24,000 bases of DNA, taken from the NCBI RefSeq assembly GCF_904863375.1, contig NZ_LR890326.1; one strand, written 5' to 3'. Numbering within the stretch: the stretch's first letter is position 1; the number at the start of each line of letters is the position of its first letter. This document shows positions 20,356 to 24,000 of the stretch, one piece after another. The DNA is from Escherichia coli. Lineage in GTDB: Bacteria; Pseudomonadota; Gammaproteobacteria; Enterobacterales; Enterobacteriaceae. The translations under genes were made by a program, and so were the position numbers. Below the pieces are notes generated by a model, which had not been told where the DNA came from, did no database searches, and saw only the letters and a list, made by a program, of their open reading frames with translations.

Positions 20356-20415
20356 TTACTTACGAAGCATAACTTCGATAAAGTCTTTCCAGTTCCCCAG
20401 TTCACGTTCAATCAT
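20356..20415 (-). CDS. ypfM: YpfM, 19-aa small protein (MIERELGNWKDFIEVMLRK)
   Basis: Manual translation gives ATG 20415 to TAA 20356, with a strong AAGAGAGG ribosome binding sequence 5 nt upstream; matches the annotated K-12 small protein at this locus. Below the ORF-track size cutoff. Confidence 0.9.
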   Translation of the reverse strand: MIERELGNWKDFIEVMLRK

Positions 20416-20777
20416 AACAACCTCTCTTATAATTATGGGTATTCTACGGAAACAATATACCGTGGTGAAGCTAATTTACTCGATTGCTGCGATGACTACC
20501 TCCGGGGGACAAACCTTATGTAAATACTATGGTCCTGCGGTGATAATTTGTATGTGATACACAGCAACATTTCGAGATATTCATACGGCATCTAATACTG
20601 ATTTAATTCTGGTTAAAATACAGACAGATAACAAGATGAATATTCTTAATGTTTACGTTAAAAATGTTTAATGTTATTTAATAGTTGTTAATTTGAATAC
20701 TTCGATAATGTTATATTTCCTGATGATCATTTGCAGGCAAAATGTTTTCACCCTTAAATGAGTATTTATTCTCATAA

Positions 20778-21152
<375 letters not shown>

Positions 21153-21155
21153 TCT

Positions 21156-22283
21156 ATGTCGTGCCCGGTTATTGAGCTGACACAACAGCTTATTCGCCGC
21201 CCTTCCCTGAGTCCTGATGACGCAGGATGCCAGGCTTTGTTGATTGAACGTTTGCAGGCGATCGGTTTTACCGTTGAACGCATGGACTTTGCCGATACGC
21301 AGAATTTTTGGGCATGGCGTGGGCAAGGTGAAACGTTAGCCTTTGCCGGGCATACCGACGTGGTGCCGCCTGGCGACGCCGACCGTTGGATCAATCCGCC
21401 GTTTGAACCCACCATTCGTGACGGCATGTTATTCGGGCGCGGTGCGGCAGATATGAAAGGCTCGCTGGCGGCGATGGTGGTAGCGGCAGAACGTTTTGTC
21501 GCACAACATCCCAACCATACGGGGCGACTGGCATTTCTGATCACCTCTGATGAAGAAGCCAGTGCCCACAACGGTACGGTAAAAGTCGTCGAGGCGTTAA
21601 TGGCACGTAATGAGCGTCTCGATTACTGCCTGGTCGGCGAACCGTCGAGTATCGAAGTGGTAGGTGATGTGGTGAAAAATGGTCGTCGCGGATCATTAAC
21701 CTGCAACCTTACCATTCATGGCGTTCAGGGGCATGTTGCCTACCCGCATCTGGCTGACAATCCGGTACATCGCGCAGCACCTTTCCTTAATGAATTAGTG
21801 GCTATTGAGTGGGATCAGGGCAATGAATTTTTCCCGGCGACCAGTATGCAGATTGCCAATATTCAGGCGGGAACGGGCAGTAACAACGTTATTCCGGGTG
21901 AACTGTTTGTGCAGTTTAACTTCCGCTTCAGCACCGAACTGACGGATGAGATGATCAAAGCGCAGGTACTTGCCCTGCTTGAAAAACATCAACTGCGCTA
22001 TACGGTGGATTGGTGGCTTTCCGGGCAGCCATTTTTGACCGCACGCGGTAAACTGGTGGATGCGGTCGTTAACGCGGTTGAGCACTATAATGAAATTAAA
22101 CCGCAGCTACTGACCACAGGCGGAACGTCCGACGGGCGCTTTATTGCCCGCATGGGGGCGCAGGTGGTGGAACTCGGGCCGGTCAATGCCACTATTCATA
22201 AAATTAATGAATGTGTGAACGCTGCCGACCTGCAGCTACTTGCCCGTATGTATCAACGTATCATGGAACAGCTCGTCGCGTGA
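21156..22283 (+). CDS. dapE: Succinyl-diaminopimelate desuccinylase
   Basis: 375-aa [37 protein letters not shown]...; M20 metallopeptidase motifs [12 protein letters not shown] and GRGAADMKG. Confidence 0.97.
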
Positions 22284-22310
22284 TGAGTGGTTCCGCAAGA
22301 GGAAATAAGC

Positions 22311-22511
22311 ATGGACTGGCTGGCTAAATATTGGTGGATTCTGGTGATTGTCTTTTTGGTAGGCGTCCTGCTGAACGTGATTAAAGATCTCAAGCGCGTC
22401 GACCATAAGAAATTTCTCGCCAACAAGCCGGAGCTTCCCCCGCATCGTGATTTCAACGATAAGTGGGACGATGACGACGACTGGCCGAAAAAGGATCAAC
22501 CGAAGAAGTAA
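22311..22511 (+). CDS. ypfN: YpfN, UPF0370 small membrane protein
   Basis: 66-aa [48 protein letters not shown]...; start at 22311 preceded by AGGAAAT; single N-terminal transmembrane segment. Confidence 0.93.
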
Positions 22512-22517
22512 GCTAAG

Positions 22518-22590
22518 TGGCCGGATAAGGCGTTAACGCCGCATCCGGCCATGATGCCTGATACAGTCTTATCAGACCTACCCGGCTATT
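22518..22590. repeat. REP/BIME element between ypfN and ypfH
   Basis: TGGCCGGATAAGGCGTTAACGCCGCATCCGGCCA (22518-22551) is a canonical REP unit; followed by a degenerate opposed unit TGCCTGATACAGTCTTATCAGACCTACCCGG. Confidence 0.85.
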
Positions 22591-22591
22591 A

Positions 22592-23290
22592 TTACATCAT
22601 TTCAATCACATCATCATCGCCAGGCTTACCGCCGCTTAGCGCTTCGTCGAAATAATGTTTCGGAATGGTATAACGCAAGTGATCCAGAGCAAATTGCATA
22701 CTGCGATTGTCGATCGCATGGCCTAAATCCTCCACGATATCCAGCGTCACGTCACCACCGGCACTGATTAACGCTTCCTGCGCCGCAACCGCATGCGCCA
22801 GATCGATAACCGGATCTTCACCGCCATGAATCAGGTGAATTGTCGTGGCTGTAGACGCAGTTTCCGGCAGGCTCGCATACCGTCCGTTAAAGGCAATGAC
22901 GCGTGAGGCAAGGCCCGGTTCGGCTTTAATGCTCTCCAGCGCCATAATCGCGCCTTGAGAGAAACCGATTAGCGCCGTGGCGTTAGCCCCTACTCCGCTC
23001 TGTTTCTGCCAGTAGCGCACCGTTTCAATAAACGTCGGCATGATGGCATCCACACGCGCCTGGCGATTATCTTCCGTAATACCCTGCACCGAAAACCACT
23101 GACGCCCCGCCGGATTACCGCTCGGCTCCGCGCCTCCGACACTCACCACCAGCGCATCAGGAAATAGCGGCGCAAACCAGCTGCCTATTTCCCCCATTGC
23201 CACCGGGTTATCCCCGACACCGTGGAAAAGCAGTAACAATTGTTGCGCAGGTTTATCCGGGCTTTGAACAACAAAATGGTCATGTTTCAT
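22592..23290 (-). CDS. ypfH: YpfH, alpha/beta-hydrolase (carboxylesterase/phospholipase family)
   Basis: Start MKHDHFVVQSPDKPAQQLLLLFHGVGDNP at 23290 (232 aa); GFSQG nucleophile elbow. Track ORF extends 8 codons upstream to 23314. Confidence 0.94.
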   Translation of the reverse strand: MKHDHFVVQSPDKPAQQLLLLFHGVGDNPVAMGEIGSWFAPLFPDALVVSVGGAEPSGNPAGRQWFSVQGITEDNRQARVDAIMPTFIETVRYWQKQSGVGANATALIGFSQGAIMALESIKAEPGLASRVIAFNGRYASLPETASTATTIHLIHGGEDPVIDLAHAVAAQEALISAGGDVTLDIVEDLGHAIDNRSMQFALDHLRYTIPKHYFDEALSGGKPGDDDVIEMM

Positions 23291-23363
23291 GGCGAACTCC
23301 TTAACTGATGTCATTAATTTTACGCCGCTGACTCACAATGACCATGGGAGAAAATTGAAGGAG

Positions 23364-24000
23364 TCAGTGAAAAAATTGCCATTGCGTTATGCGATCGCGC
23401 AAACGCTCAGTGCGAACATCATCAAGTGCGTATAGCGCCTGCGCGGCCTCTTCCCGCTGACGGACCAGTAACAGCTTACGGCCTGAAAGTTTAAGTGTGG
23501 TACATAACTGCGCGTCACTGGCGTTTTTCTGTAAACGCCCACGCAGCGCCGGTAATGCCATTTCGCTGGTTTGTAACAGACGCATTAAGCAACCTAACGA
23601 CGTTAATAGCGGACGATGAGCGAAAGCAAAACCGGCCAGTTCAAGCCAGTCGTCGTCAGAAAGGACGGCATCGTTTAGTGGATCAACGGGAAGCATTTCG
23701 CCATTCCACTGCGCGAGAGCTTGCGCATCGCGACGTAAACGGTAATGCTCACGTTCAGCCAGCTGTTTACCCGCATCACTCATCGGTAACAGTGCCATCG
23801 CCGTATAGCAACCGCTGCTGGCTTCACGATGATTACCCATTCGCACCAGCACAAAACCGCAGCGTTGCCAGAAACGCCATAACTCCCCGGTGTAACCAAA
23901 ACTCACCGAAAGATAGTCGAGGTCATGCGTATATTGCAAAGCACCAGCAATAAGTTGCCGCCCTGTGCCTTCCCGCTGACGCGCCGGATGAACTGCTATC
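23364..24000 (-). CDS. tmcA: C-terminal part of tRNA(Met) cytidine acetyltransferase TmcA; N-terminus beyond the window
   Basis: Minus-strand frame stays open past the track's 23939 start to the window edge, reading IAVHPARQREGTGRQLIAGALQYTHDLDYLSVSFGYTGELWRFW... (GNAT acetyl-CoA motif QxxGxG). Confidence 0.93.
   Translation of the reverse strand, partial: IAVHPARQREGTGRQLIAGALQYTHDLDYLSVSFGYTGELWRFWQRCGFVLVRMGNHREASSGCYTAMALLPMSDAGKQLAEREHYRLRRDAQALAQWNGEMLPVDPLNDAVLSDDDWLELAGFAFAHRPLLTSLGCLMRLLQTSEMALPALRGRLQKNASDAQLCTTLKLSGRKLLLVRQREEAAQALYALDDVRTERLRDRITQWQFFH

Noticed and set aside
20330-20557. Plus-strand 75-aa ORF overlapping ypfM
   Set aside because: No good ribosome binding sequence seen, antisense to ypfM and composed of AT-rich low-complexity residues.

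Overview
This window reads as ordinary chromosomal backbone of Escherichia coli or a very close relative. All product names come from recalled protein families and E. coli K-12 gene order; no database search was run. In window order: the distal ethanolamine-utilisation (eut) microcompartment operon on the minus strand (partial eutE, then eutN, eutM, eutD, eutT, eutQ, eutP, eutS); maeB (-); talA-tktB (+); ypfG (-); nudK (-); aegA (-); narQ (+); acrD (+); a 19-aa small protein ypfM (-) that is below the ORF-track cutoff; yffB-dapE-ypfN (+); ypfH (-); and the C-terminal part of tmcA (-). Non-coding elements supported by sequence are a REP/BIME element, a Box C-like GC-rich repeat, a bidirectional terminator after acrD, a perfect 28-bp palindrome between eutS and maeB, a BaeR-box-like motif upstream of acrD and a perfect CreB tag (TTCAC-N6-TTCAC) between maeB and talA. 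I saw no mobile element, CRISPR array, phage or defence cassette, and nothing that supports a previously undescribed system. The items most worth a second look are small: the ypfM ORF, the palindrome, the placement of the cre tag, and the structured eutM-eutN gap.
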